Assembly: GCA_001724265.1 (NCBI GenBank)
Contig: MEDY01000042.1
Span: 310,001 to 337,331 of the forward strand
DNA from: Rhizaria sp. SCN 62-66
Taxonomy: Eukaryota
DNA: 27,331 bases
Direction of reading: 5' to 3'
Below the pieces are notes generated by a model. That model was not told where the DNA came from and ran no database searches. It was given only the letters and a program-made list of their open reading frames with translations. This document shows positions 1-13,265 of this stretch, piece by piece (the first letter of the stretch is position 1; each line of letters starts with the position of its first letter). A program made the translations under genes and the position numbers.

Positions 1-3000
1 CGTGTTCACGGGCATTGACTCTGGCACTGACCGAACCGTGACCAATATCTGTGCGAGAACTCCCACGGACCTTGTCTTTACTTGACTTTGCATAATAGCT
101 ACTGCTTGGGTTGCTGGTATAAGCATGGCCATACGCAGAAACGCGAGGCTGATCCTGATCATTCTTAACGTCACCTCCGGCGTCGCGCTCGTCGTCGCAA
201 TCGTAAGAGTAGACATGGTTGTCACGATCGTTATCACTATCATCGTCGTCAACACTGTAGCTGCCCCCCCTCGTCGTAGGCGCGTCACCAGCCGTGAGAA
301 ACAACGAGCGTCCTGGCCCTCCACGCGGGTCCTTAGAGTTGCGGTCACGCTTCGCTTTCGTGGGCGCAGCGTGAAGCCGCGGCAGCTGGCTGTGAGCGAG
401 CTCCTTGTACCCGGCACCGCGGATCGAGCTGGGTTTGCTACTGCCACTAGAACCGATATATGCGTCGCGCAGATTCTGGTTCCGATGCTGCTGAAAAGAG
501 TACTGGTTGCCCTCATTCACAGCGCGGTTTCGGCCGGCATCAGCATAAGGAAACTCGCCCTGGACTCGCATCGCGTGAGGCCCGCTGAACTTCGTGAGGC
601 GAGATACGCTCGCGTTGGAGTCAGCGGCACGACCAACTTGGTCGTCGTTGTCGTCGTTGCTGCGCGCAGATAGAGCGCTGTTATTGAAGCCAAAGAACGA
701 GTCCCGAACAGTCGACTCGGCAGCGTCACGACGAGTATCGCGTGACGCGGTCGCGGCACTAGCAGGTGTCCAAACGTTGTTTTGGACGTGAATGTGCGCA
801 AACATGTTTTCGCGTTGCTTATTGATCTCGGTGGCACGGCTACTGCCGTCACGAGGAGCATTACGAGAGCCAGAGCCAGAACCAGGACCATTAATCGCAC
901 GGTGGTCACCGACGCCAGCAGCAGAGCCGGCAAAACTGGAACTTGTATGATATGCGCGCTCACTCTCATCAAGGGCGTCAAAGGCCCTGAAACTGATGTC
1001 ACGTGAACCGTTATTACCATTGCCAATACCGCGAATGCCCGTATTGTTGGAATCGTTAGGGTTTGTTGCGCCGTGGCGAATCGGCTTGAAGGGGTCATCT
1101 CGACGACGGCTACCGCTTCCAACAGGCCCGTTTGTGAAGTCGAACGTGTCGCGCGCGAGCTCACGCTCACGCTCACTAGTGTTCTTTGCAGACTCATCAT
1201 TGTTATCATGTCGTTCATTGTAATCTGGAGCAGTGAAATCAGGGAGCTTCGCTAGGAGCTCAGTCGTGACTGTCAGCTCACGGTCCCAGCGCAAAGCTTG
1301 GGGCCAACCGTAGAGCCTCTGTGAACGTAAAACTAGAGTGTCAACGACACTCGAGATATCATTAGTGAGACTGTTCTTGATGGCAGGCTTCTCGACTGCC
1401 TTGTTCGCAGCAGTCAGCGCAAGTTGCAAAGAAAACATACGAGTGAGAGACACTGAGAGCGACATCAGGTACCACAGCTGTTCCACAGAAGAGTCAAACA
1501 GAGTCGATACACCACTCGCATAAAGCATGCGACTAAGCTTGAAAAGAGACGGAGCGACCGTAGCGTGAGGGCAACTCACGATAGAGTTCTGCAATTGAGC
1601 AACGAATGTTCCATTGCTGAAGATGCGAGAGTATGTCGCGAAACTATCCTCGGAAGACGATGAAGCGGATGCAGAGCTCAGTGATGAGCTAAAATTGGAT
1701 GATGAGATGACTTGAGCGTGCTGATTAGCAGCTTGGTTATTCCTCATGAGACGCGCTGCTAGCGGTAACGACTCAGTGTCAAAGGCAGATGAGGCGCTGT
1801 TTGTCACATTAGTACCGATGTTATCGCTCTTGTTGAGATTGTTGTTAATGCTGCTAGTGATGTTAGTGTTCGGGACTTTCTTCGAGCTCTTGAGCTCCTC
1901 GAGTAACCGGACAAGGTGCCCATCTTGTTGGGCAATATAGCTGTGACTTTCAGCAGCGGGCAGCAAAGTCAAAGACCTTGACTGAGAGTGAACAACATGA
2001 TTTGCTTGTTCAAGCAAATGTGACACGGTAAAATCCGGGTCACCACTGTCAGAGCTTGTACTAGGCGAAATGGATCCGTCAGAGTTGCACAGTGCGGATG
2101 CGAAGTAACGAAGTGAGTCGCGGTTGTTGCTGACGGCAGCAGCTGCGACAGTAGCGAGCACGTTTAGCCCAGTGTCAGTGGTGTCGCCACTGGCCGCATC
2201 ATTTGAGGTGTTAATATAGGACAGATACAGTGAAGCAGCCGCACCAAGCAGAAAGGAGGCGAACACACTCGGCGGAGTCGCAGTATACTGGCCGAAGGTA
2301 ACAAGGTTGCGTGCTAAATGCCTAGATTCAGAGCTTGCGTTTGCGTCATCGCTGGAACGAGTCCACGTGTAAGTGTACGCACGGTGATGTTGCTTGAGGG
2401 CAAGCATGGTTACGAGTCCGGGGAAGGGAGTGCCATCCCCGGCATGATAATCGTAGCCTTCATCCTCAAGATAATCATTGTTGCTGACGTCGTCATCGCT
2501 CTCATTGCGCGCAGAGTCAGCTTCAGTCGACTTCGACTTATCAGACAGAGCGGCCTGGTTCATCTCGCTCTTAGTGTTCCTTGCTAGCGCAACATCGCTG
2601 TCGCGTGATAACGTCGTGAACAAATCAGTCTCACTAATGCTCACACTCTTGATAGCGGTATCACCGACAGCTTTGGTATCAGGCTGTAATCCAGTGTGAC
2701 CAAACTTCCGCTGAGCCCGGTCCAACTTCAATCCGCGCAGGAAATAACCGAGTCGCGCGTTGTTGCTGTAGGCATTGGACAATGCCAACTCTTTGTCATT
2801 CGCGTCATTATGGTCCTTTGCACTTGAGCTACCGTGACCGTCGTTATGATTGTTGAGGTAGTAATACGTGTTATCCTTATAGCTCTGGTGGCGGGAGACA
2901 GTAGTGTTGTTGTAAAGCGCTGCGAACCGCGTCAATGCAGTCGCATTTGCTGTAACACCGGCGAAAATGTCGAGATCATCCGCAGTAGGAGCACTTGCAT

Positions 3001-6000
3001 TTGCACTGCCTAAATTGGGATGAAAACTGTCGGAAGAACAGCGCAGCTTATTGGTTGCCTCTGCAGCCTTGTTGTTGCGAGCGAGCGTGAGTGCGGTGCT
3101 CACAGTCGTTGCAAAAGCCTTCAGATGCGGCGTCAGCGCGAACGGATTTTGCATGCTGTCTAAGTATGTCACTGCCGTTGAAAGCCGTGTTTGCGTCATG
3201 ATAATGACATCGACTGAGAAACTTTCAAAGCCAACGCCAAATTCAGCATCCATGCTAGCTGATTTGTTGTTGCTGTCGCTGTTTTTCGTGAGAACACTTG
3301 CTGGCGTCCGTAGAAGTAGACGCTGTAGGTACTTGGACAACGCCGGCGGGACGGAGTACGACGACATGTCACTCCAACACTTAGCACCGGTGTCAACGCC
3401 GTCTGAAGAGCCCTCGCCGCAAGTGCTCGACGCCAAACTGATCACGGTGAAGACATTGCGGAGCATCGCCGGTACCTTGTCGGCCTGTGAGAAGAGTGCG
3501 AAAAGAATCAAGAAATAAAATTCGAGTCGTGATAGTTCCATCGACATAAAGCACCAAAAACATTAAAATTCATTCATGGCATAACATATTCTCGCATAAA
3601 AGAGTAATACGTACCTGGAAAGAAAGTCGCCTGCGCATGACGGTATACTCTTGCTGCTTCTGCTCCAACCACTCTTTGTACTCCCCCGCCGCCTCTGCGA
3701 CGTCCAGCTTGGTCCCGCTTGTAAGCACGCCGCGCTGGTTCCTGCTGTCCAGCGCAGCGGCCACGTGCACAACCGCGTCTTGGCACCAGCGCACCATCGC
3801 GGCTGCCGCTGCGGCCGCCGCGCGCCAGTGCCCGTGGTAGCTGAGCGCAACGACGAGCTGCTGCAGAGACTGCTCGACCTCGTACGCCGCGTCCAGCCAC
3901 TTGCGCGTCGACGTCGATTTGATGTCGACCGCGTGCTTCGTTTCCTTGTTGATCGCGTGCGCAAAGTCGCACATGACGAGCGCAAGCGGGGCGCCGAACG
4001 GGTGGAAGCGGGTCGCGCGCGTGTGCGTGATAACGTTGGAGATGACGCACTTGAGCTCGACTTCAGTCGGGAACGCGACTTTGGGCGCCGTTGAAGACTG
4101 TTTACGAGTGGATTTAGAGCTTGAAGAGGGGTTGTGATGAAGGGGGATCGGAGGCGGATCTAAGAGCATTCCGAGCGCTGACCAGCACGTGGCTAACACA
4201 GAGAAACGTGCCAATGCTGAAACAGCCGGCTCGAGAGTGATAGGCAGTGATGTCAAGTGCTTGCACACTGCAGATGCCGAAGAGTCCGGGACAGTATTAA
4301 TCACAGCATCAGTGCCTGCAGACGCTGTGTCTTCATGCTGACTCCGTCCTCGAGCTAATGACTGTTGTGTCTCCTTCGTGTTGTTCAGCTTTGTAAGCAT
4401 CATTGCAAGTGGGGTCGGTAGCTGCATCGTTGTCTTTGTTGCCATAGTAACGGGTAATAGCAGCGCCATGGGGACAGCAAACGGTGTTCGCGACGCGTAT
4501 TCTTGGCCAATCACGTTAGCTTCCCAGTATTCGTCACCAGAGTCATTGCCACGGGAATTAGTCTCTGCAGTGGAGCTGATGTTGCTTGAGGCAGCATATT
4601 TTTTTTCGCGGTTGACCTTAGCAGCAGCGTCGCAAAGCGTAGTTTGCGCGCGCTGCGCCGCGCGTGCAGTCGCACGCGTGCCAATATTGATCGCTGCGGC
4701 GACGGCGACGGCGAGTGCGAGCGACGGCGCAATGCGGCACAGATCGGTCACGATTGTGGTCGACTGACGTACGTAGCCGGGACACCGCTGCCACGGCAGC
4801 ACGGGCATACTGAGGCTGTGGGGGTGGCCTGCAGCAGCCGGCGAGGCAGCCAGCCCACTCAAGTTCGCGTCAGTGCCCAATGATGCGTGCGTGAGGAAGG
4901 GAGTGGTGCCGAGTCCAGCAAAAGATGTTGTTGTCAAAATATCCCGCTGATCATTCAAAGATGAGGAGTCAATAACACCGCAGTGCTCAGTGCTCAGAAT
5001 AAGGTGGTTTAAAGCCCTTACAACAGGCACACCGGTTGCCGTTGTCGTCGGCAAAGACTTGTCGCTAAGACAGTCATTACTGACTGCCATGTAAGCTCCC
5101 TGACTCGAGGCGCTGTGGTCAGTTCTTACCTTGTCAATATCAGTGTAGTCGTTCGCCCAATATTTGTTGACACTTACATCCGACACGAAGAGCTGGTGGT
5201 ACAACTGTTGCCACATCGCGGTCCTTTTGAGGGCGCTCGCTTCATCCATCACGTTGTGCTCACGCATCCACTGAGAATGTACTGGCGCAAAGTTGTTGCT
5301 ACTGTTCAAACGCTTCGGTAGCTTACTGTGATTACGTAAAATAGACTTGCGCTCACGCTCAGCATTGTCGATACCACTCCCACGCGCGGTTGAGTGTCCG
5401 TTAGAACTCCCCAGCTCAGACAAAACAGAAGCGTTATCGTTCACAATGTTAGAGTCTTCAGCGACAGCAGAGCGGCGTGCCAAACTGAGCTGTTCTGTTG
5501 CGTTCCTCAACTTAACAACCGTAGCTGTCGTCTCCATGCATGAGATACTAACGTCATTTTGATCGCTCTTGAGCCGGTGTGGGAGAACAAACGGCGCTGC
5601 ACTGATCCCAGTCACGCCCAAATCACTCAAGGTCTTCGTGTAACCGTGCACACTGAGCGTATGCGCCTCAGCCCACACCGAGACAGCGCTAAACGCGGGC
5701 TGGTCAACGCTCGCGTCCGTCATCTGGTAGATGTCCAGAGCGGCGGCAGCCGTGGCAGCGGCGCGCGCAGCGGTGGCCGAGGCCGCGAGCAGGTGCTGGT
5801 TGTGGGAAAAACTCGACAACGTGCGGACAAAAGGGCAAAAGACCGAGACAGAAGCTGCGACACTGACTGTCACGGTCACAGCGCCCGAACCAGAGCTCAG
5901 GCGTGAATCATAGTTGTAGTTAGAGTTCGTGTTGGTGATATTTGCCCCCAGCGCTGACTCGCGTTCCTGGGATAACAACACATCGAAGTTGCTCCGGGCG

Positions 6001-9000
6001 TCCGCGCTCGCACTGAAGCTGGACGAGTTTCGCGAAGCCTTCGCCGCTAACAACGCCTGCAGCTGCTCCTGGTGCCGCTGCTGCCTGTCGCGGAAGAATG
6101 CCGGCACCGACACGGGCGCAGCAGTGTACAGAAGCGGAGCGGGCACGTGGGACACGTGGCCCGGACATGTCACTTCACTGACCAGAGCGAGAGTGTTGAT
6201 GAACCAGTCGACGAATCCGTCTTTGTTGCGGTACTGTGTCAACCAACGCGGTAAGTAGTGGCTTCCACGGCGACAGCCCAGACTGGCGCCGTATGGGCTG
6301 TTTGTATACATGTAAATGTTCGTAGAAATGCCATGTTGCGGCTTGCAGTTGCCTGCAGTCGTGTTGAACAAAGGCAGAGTCATCACAGTGAGACCTCCAG
6401 CCCAGTTGCTGCTAGTGAGACCTGGGTGAGGCGGAACACTACCGTTCGCGTTATTCGTGTTGTTGTTAAGCGGCTGCACCGAATAGGAGCGAGAAACTTG
6501 TTCCAAAACACGAACAATCCTCTTCCTCTCGGCCTCAAGCACGCTACTCGCGTTACTGCCCGTCGCGGTCACGGCTGCCGCCTGCGTCTTGGCAGCAGCT
6601 GCCGCGGATGCTGCCAGAGTCGCCGACGACATCCCAGAGGCCGCGGCCGCCGCAGGCGCTGAGTATACGTCAATTTTGCCCATCACAGTCGTTTGCGGCA
6701 GCGCTGCGATGCAGGCTGCGGCGGCGGCGGCGGCGGCGGCGCAGTCAGCCGCGACTGCGCGTTGTGCGCGTGCGAGCGACTGAGGCTGCAGCAGAGAGTC
6801 TGCGAAGGCGGCGTCTTCAGCGGTCGAGGCCGCGAGAAGCCACGGCTGCGACTGCAGAGTTTCACTGAGAATCTCCGTGATCTCGTCAGGATGGCGATGT
6901 GACGCTGTTGTCGACGTAGTCAGGATTGAGGGGGAAATATTGATCGCTGTCGTAGTAGCATGACAAGTCGTGTTTGAAACCTCAGTTGCACTAGCGCTCG
7001 CACTGGAGCTCGAACTCGAGCTTGAGCACGAGCTAGAGCCCGTGATGTAGTCCAAATTAGCGTTGCTGCTCATGCTGCTGAATGAGAACAGGCTACGCAG
7101 AGGTAGGTACGTCGCGGGCACAGTCGCGGTGACGGAAACACTTGCGGTGCCGCCAACCATGGTAATGAGGCGAGGAATCTCAGTGTCCGCAGTAAAAAGC
7201 TGGGGAAAACGCGGAATTGCTGTTAGCGTCGGGACAGTCACCGACGCGGACAGGCACTCCCAGGAGAAGAACGAGCATTGTGAGCCGTGGTGCTTGATCT
7301 CAAAGTTAAGCATCCTGGGGTCACAGATCGCAGAATACTTCACGAGTTGTTGCTGCTCCCACTGCGTCTGCTGTTGGTCCAGTAAATCCAGACGGCGTTG
7401 CCTGAACTGCTTCTGGAGCTCAGGGCTCACAGTAAGGACCCCAGGACGTGAGTTGTTGTTGTTGCTACTAGTCGTAGGCGAGGCAATTATAGTGATGTCC
7501 TCGCTGTCATCCTCATCGTCATCGTCAGTAACAATACGACGGCGCTTGACATTTTGAGTAGTGATGCTATCAGCACTGCCACTGCTTTCGCTGCTGCTGG
7601 CAGATGCAGGCGTGTTGTTCGCATCACCTTCGCCCAGACGCTTACGATCTGTATTGCCAGCAGTAGAGTCAGTGCTAGTTATGGCGTCGCTGCTACTCTC
7701 AGTCAAGGCAGCAGTAAGGATATCACGATACTGACTCATGACGGTCGTGTTATTAGGACCGTTGCTCTTTGCGTCCCCGCGAATTGCGATGCCACTTGAA
7801 ACTGTGACTACCTGAAGCGCCGGGACCGCACTTCTAAGTCCGTCATTCCTGCTGCTCGGGTCGTTGTTTTTACTGACGCCAAGCGAATTGCTGTAACGCG
7901 CGTTCTCATCTACCCAGTCTTGAAGCAGCATGGACATCAGGTACAGGTTGCCCTGCCTCTCGCTGACGAAGCTCGCAGCGTACTCAACCAGCTTGCCTTT
8001 GGTACTGTCATTCAAATCAACAACAGTCGCATTGGCACTCGTCAAACGACGGTTGTGGCTGCTTGAGTCGTCGCTTGCGTTGTTATTGATCAGAAATGTC
8101 GCCGCTTCCTTCGTGTCCGCGGCCAGCGCTGCCGCTGCCAACGCCTCAGCGGTGAGCCGCACCCTCACGAGCACTGGTTTCGCCACCGACACGAGATAGC
8201 CAGCGTGGCGCGCACTGACACCGGCTGCCTTAGCTAACTTTTTACGCGCATCGGTTTGCTTCTCAAGGTCATCGTCAATCTCTGCATTCGCCTTTGACTT
8301 GGATTTAGCTTTAGAACTAGCGTTAGCACTGGCCTTAGCAGTTGCTTCAGCGCGCTTAACCACATCAGCAGCGTCTTCCTCTTCGTCATCCTCGTGCTCG
8401 CCCTCGTCTTCGTCCTCAGCGAGAGGTTGAATCGCCTCAAGCGCCTTGGCCACCGCGGTCAGCGCAAAGAACGCCATCCTCTCGGTCGACGCGAGGAAGA
8501 AACAGCACGCTGCATGCGCCGCGGCGGCCAGCGGCGACTCCCCGATGATGTCGTTTTGCCGCGCATAGTGCGCGCGGCACAACGCGTCGCGCAGGGGCAC
8601 TGGGTCGCCGCTCTGGTGCGTCGTGGAAAAGCCGAAGACCGAGGGAAAAAGGTTCTTTGGGGCGCGCGTGGTGGTGAGTTTGTCGGCAGGCGATGAGAGG
8701 ATGAAAGCAAACAACTGGGGCGGATATAGCAGAGCGCAGTAGCGAAGAAGAAAGAGAACGGGTGGGAAATAGAGTGACGCGGCGCAGGGCAGCGCGGAGT
8801 GTGCCAGGCCCCACTGCAGAGCGAGACACGTAGTGAGGGTTGCGTCGGAACGGTACCGGAAGATCGAACCGTCTAACAGCATCTTGCTACCGGCGTCGGA
8901 CAAATGCGAGCTAGCTGCTGCACTAGAGCTCGAACTGCAGCTGGCGATGTTCATATCATCACTGTTAAAGCTGGCAATAGAGGTTGCGTCGATAACAGGA

Positions 9001-10997
9001 GCTGTGGGCACAGCGCCCGCATGGCGCAACAGAAGCTCCGTCGCTGCGCTGACTTGCTGCCCGGCGTCACTCAGCCAGTGCAGTTGCGCACTTAGAGTGT
9101 GCTTCGTCAGCAAGACACCGTTGCGATGCCAGCCGTAGCTGTGCTCACTGTAACCGCACGGACCGTCGTCACTGCAACTGTCGGTGCTGCTATAGAAGCA
9201 ATCACCGGCGCTCTCAAGCTCCAGGTCTGACTCCGAGTCTGAGCCATCAGTGTCGACGTTCGCTGACTGAGCGGAAGCAGCAGCGAGGGCAGCTGGCACT
9301 GTGAGCACCACAGTCGCGTCTAAGGGGACCTGCGTAAGTACGCGGACCCTGCCCTTAGCAGTACCCACGCCAACGGGGACGCCCGCTCCGCAGCCATCAG
9401 ACGCGAAGCCGTTCTTACTAAGACGGACAATTTCACTGCCGGTCTCAGCTACGACGAGACTAATGCTACCAGCGCTGAGGGCGGAACTGTTGTGGGGCGT
9501 ATTGAAGCAATGTTCGACCGCAGTCGCCATCAGTTCAACGCACGATACTGCTTGGATAGAAGGTCCGGCATCGTTGCCGCGCTTGCTTTTACTCTTCTTA
9601 CCCTTGCTGCCAATATTATGCTTGAGATCGTAAGCGATACCCTTAGCCTTGGTTGCAAAATATTTCGCGTCGGATTCTGTCGTCACACCCACCGCAACAA
9701 CGACAGCACTCGTCTCGTAGTTGTTGTCAACAGTAGATGCAACCGCAAAGCTTGCAGACGCGTTCGCAGTAGTGCTCATGCTGCCAGAAGACTTAAGCTG
9801 AGAGGCAGCAACTGCCGGCGCGTTTGCCTTGGTCAAATACATGCGCCGCGCACTCTTGGCAGCCGCAACGTACTCGTGGTACACCGGCATTAGCGCCTCG
9901 ACCTCCGGCCACGTCAGTGCCTGCGCGACCTCGGCCGCAGACGGCTGCGAGTGCTGCCACAGCAACGTGTCGCGCGGCTCCCAGTAGTGGGGCGGGTCTG
10001 ACGTCGACTGCGGAGACGCCCCCGCGCTGCGCAACGACTGCAATACGGACCGCGACTACGATTGCGATAACAGTTGGTCGTTGCTCTTGCCGTTGTTGAT
10101 CTTGCTGACATTAGAAATAGGCTACGCTGTTGCAATTGCAGCGAGTGAAATATCGCGAATACAGTCAGATAGCGTGGCCCTAGCAATCGAGGAAATCTCA
10201 GCTGCACGCTTGGTAGTAGCATCATCGCTCGAGCCTGCATTGTCTGTGTCTGCGTCGGCCATTGCGGTGGCGGTCTCGTCGTGCTTACTCTCGTCGCTTC
10301 TGCTACCAAGCATAGCAACGGCTTGCTCGAGTGCAGGTAGCAATGCTGCTCTGACGTCGGTTGCAAGGAGAGCGCGCGTCGACTTTTGCGCCGCATGCAA
10401 GCTCTCTTTGGCCAGATCATTCGCGGCCTTGAGAGCCTTACGAGCGGAAGCAGCGCTGAGCGACCTCACACCATTGTTGTTACTTGTACTCGCACTATCA
10501 TTCGCGGTTGTACTCGATTGAAAGCGTGAGATCGATTTCGCGGCGTTCATACTAGAGTGAGAGTTAGCAACATGCTCGGAATCAGAATCCGACTCGAGTG
10601 AGGAGGAGGACGAGGAGCCGGCGGCAGAACTAGAGTCAGATTCAGAGTCAGAGTCAGCATCAGAAGTGTCTTCATCAGAGCTATCAGAGCTATCGGAGCT
10701 AGAACCAGAACTCACGTTGGCGTTGCTGTTGCCGTTGTTTGTGCGCGAGTTAATGTTAGAGCCAAGGCCAGGCGGGTCGTAGCAAAAGCCCACCGACGGC
10801 GCGACGCAGATGGTGCTGCAGCGACTGCAGCAAGATGGCGTCGATGGGAGCATGGTGAGGGAGCGGGTGACTAGAGCCGCTGCTCGAGAGGATAAAAATG
10901 GTGCGGTAGTACCATGTCTAGTGCAAGGTGAATATAACGTAGCACAAGGGGTTCCACACTCCAAACAGGTTTCAGGGCAATCAATGCCCATCCTCAT
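1..10997 (-). CDS. Giant low-complexity (Ser/Ala/Asn/Asp-rich) protein of unknown function, >3600 aa, 3' end beyond the window. Exons 10997..3615 and 3484..<1. Contains two in-frame TAG codons (10122-10124, 10056-10058).
   Basis: ORFs 10122..11078 and 3570..10043 share a frame and are separated only by two TAGs. A 130-nt AT-rich phase-0 intron at 3485-3614 (TTCCAG|GTACGT ... TCTTCTCACAG|GCCGAC) links to a frame that I read open from 3484 to position 2 (ADKVPAMLRN...RVNAREH, 1161 codons). That frame is absent from the ORF track, probably because it has no stop. The start is uncertain: ATGs lie at 10997 and 10991, but an in-frame acceptor-like site (TTTTTCTTGTCTCTGCAG|TAC, 11043/11042) suggests a further upstream exon. 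No domain recognised. Confidence 0.8.
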
Positions 10998-11771
10998 GCG
11001 ATATAGACGCAATAGCGACTGAGAGAGTCTTGTGAAAGAGTACTGCAGAGACAAGAAAAAGTACGCACGTACTTTCACGGTTAGAAGCGAAGTTATAGTA
11101 ATTAAATTGAGGACTACAAGTAAATCCGATATTTAGATCAGCACAAACGGTGGCAACAGGTTTGACGATCAATTACGTGTACAAGAGAACATGTTAGAGA
11201 GGCCTCGACTACGCATCTTTGGCGCGCTGATCGCCACAAGCCATGAACCTCCTCTAAAAAACAATAATTCAGCTAAGTCCGCATTAACTTTTCGCAGGCA
11301 CATTGATTTTTGAATATGAAGTACACATGAACTGTTAATATTTCTAATGTATTTTTAGCGCTCAGCTGTTGTTATATGAACGGTTGTCTCTGACTCGAAC
11401 CACCATCCGACTCAATTGCACAGCGGCAAGCAGGAAGTTGATTCTCACAACAACAACAGAACCAAACAATCCTCTTAATATGATACATGTATATAATAAT
11501 ATCCAGAAACTAGGTAATCAGAGTAACATCCAACTGATATTACGAAAAGACACGAAATAAACGCGCTTTGAACGACTGTACATGCATTGTAACAGTACAA
11601 GCGCATCAAAACAAAATCAAATGTTTCGCATGCTCAGGCTGAAGCTTAAAACAACAAACTGCAACATAGTAGCAAAATGCGTATAGTAAACCTCTCCTAC
11701 TAAACAAACTGACGTAGCTTCAATCCGTCGAACGCGGCCTCACTAACTCAAGATGATCTTCATATACTATC

Positions 11772-13265
11772 TTAGTTAAGCGGCGGCGGCGGCGGGGGAG
11801 GCGTACCGGCGCCCGCGCTCGCGTTAGCCGCGCCCGCGTTCGGCGCCGCGCCGCCCGCGCCCGCGTTGTTGGCGGCGGCCGCGGCGGCCGCAAGCGCCAT
11901 GGCTTCGGCGACCGCGGGCGGCGGCGCGAGGGACTCGAGAGAGTGAAGCAGGATGTTCTTCTCGTCTGCGAACTGCTCGTCCTCGCGGTCCTTCTGGAAG
12001 TCACGCAGAAACGCGATCAGCTTGTCCTTGTTGCGGTACAGGATCTCCTGGATCGTCTCGGTCTTCTTGGGGTTCGCAACAAAGATCTTGAACACGTGGA
12101 ACGCCTCGACCTAAAAGTGAGGGGAAAAAAATTATAAAAACAACAAAAACATTTGAGCACAAGGATCAAAAGAAACAACAGTAAGACGTCGATAGTTACG
12201 TTGTTGATGAATAAATACGTAATATATAATATAATAGTGGACATATGTTCTGATTTCGCAGAGATATATGGAGTTATAAGTACCTGTGTGGCCTTGGAGG
12301 ATGCGCGAAGCAGGCGCATCGTGGCGATGAGGTGCTCAGGGATGGCAATAAAGCGCATCATAATAGTGAAGTTCTCGCGTGACAGCAGCAACGTGGCGAG
12401 CAGCTTGAGCGAGAGGCGGCACGTGACGTACTCGCTCGAGTTGAGCAGCTTCTGGTACTTAGCGAAGAACGAGTCGAAGTTGTCGTCGAGGTACTTGCAC
12501 ACGAGCCGCTTGTGCTTGGTCAGCAGCGCCGTGAACGTGGCGAACGCGTCGAGCGCGACGTCAAAGATGGAGACCTGCAGCAGGCTGAAGAGCTGGTCCA
12601 GCAGCGGCGGAGACGACAGCAGCATGAGGCACAGAGACTCAGAACGCAGCGTCTCGCGGAGAATAGCGCCGCAGGTGAGCGCGATGTTGCCCTCGCCGTA
12701 GCCCTGGATCAGCGTCGAGAGAATGTCCGGGTGCCGCGTCACGAACGTCACGGCATCGTCGCGGTTGTTGCGGAAGAGATACGTGTAGACGTGGAGCAAA
12801 TCCTTGCGCGCCTCGAACTCAAGCAGCACGATGCGCTGGATGAGGGTGAGCAGGATGTCAGACTCGAAGATGGCCTCGGTAAGCTTATCCACAGTCTCCT
12901 TCTTAGGCTCCGATTCGCCGTCGCCGTAGAAGATCACCTTCATCGCGGCGAGGTTGTCCGTGATCTTTTGCACCGACTGCGCGAAGATATACAAAACAAC
13001 ACAAGAACAAAGCGAAAGTCAAGATGCAAAGGACATGAGAGGCAACAGGAGATCATAGCGGAGGACTATCACAATACCAACTAGTAACAAGGTTTCGAGG
13101 ACATAAAATCGACATCAGATGTGTTTTTCGGGGGCCTTTTGTGATTAAAAGTACCTTCTTGACGCCCTTCTCGTCGTTTTTCTCGTCGACCATCTCGCCG
13201 AGGTTCTTTTGGATCGACTTGACGATCTCGCTGGGCGACTTTTTCGTTTTAAACAGAAAAGCCAT
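11772..13265 (-). CDS. MO25: MO25 / calcium-binding protein 39 (CAB39/Hym1) family kinase scaffold, about 380 aa. Exons 13265..13155, 12976..12284, 12110..11772.
   Basis: The spliced product has family motifs: N-terminal [67 protein letters not shown] and [17 protein letters not shown]. Phase-0 introns at 12977-13154 (GTACTT..GCAG) and 12111-12283 (GTACTT..TTTTAG). Stop is TAA at 11772-11774. Confidence 0.95.

Noticed and set aside
3570-3614. TGA at 3570-3572 as the stop of the 2157-aa ORF
   Set aside because: It lies inside the AT-rich GTACGT..CAG intron 3485-3614, and the frame continues after splicing. The apparent ends of ORFs 12017..12994, 14230..17442, 19502..20338, 24586..25086 and 25174..25734 likewise result from reading into introns.
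10056-10125. 70-nt GT..AG intron that would remove both TAGs in the giant gene
   Set aside because: Its length is not a multiple of 3, so it would shift the frame. The donor GTAGCC is also unlike the supported donors.
125-10521. Many plus-strand and alternative-frame ORFs overlapping the giant gene
   Set aside because: They are antisense or shifted-frame shadows of a long coding sequence and carry no motifs.
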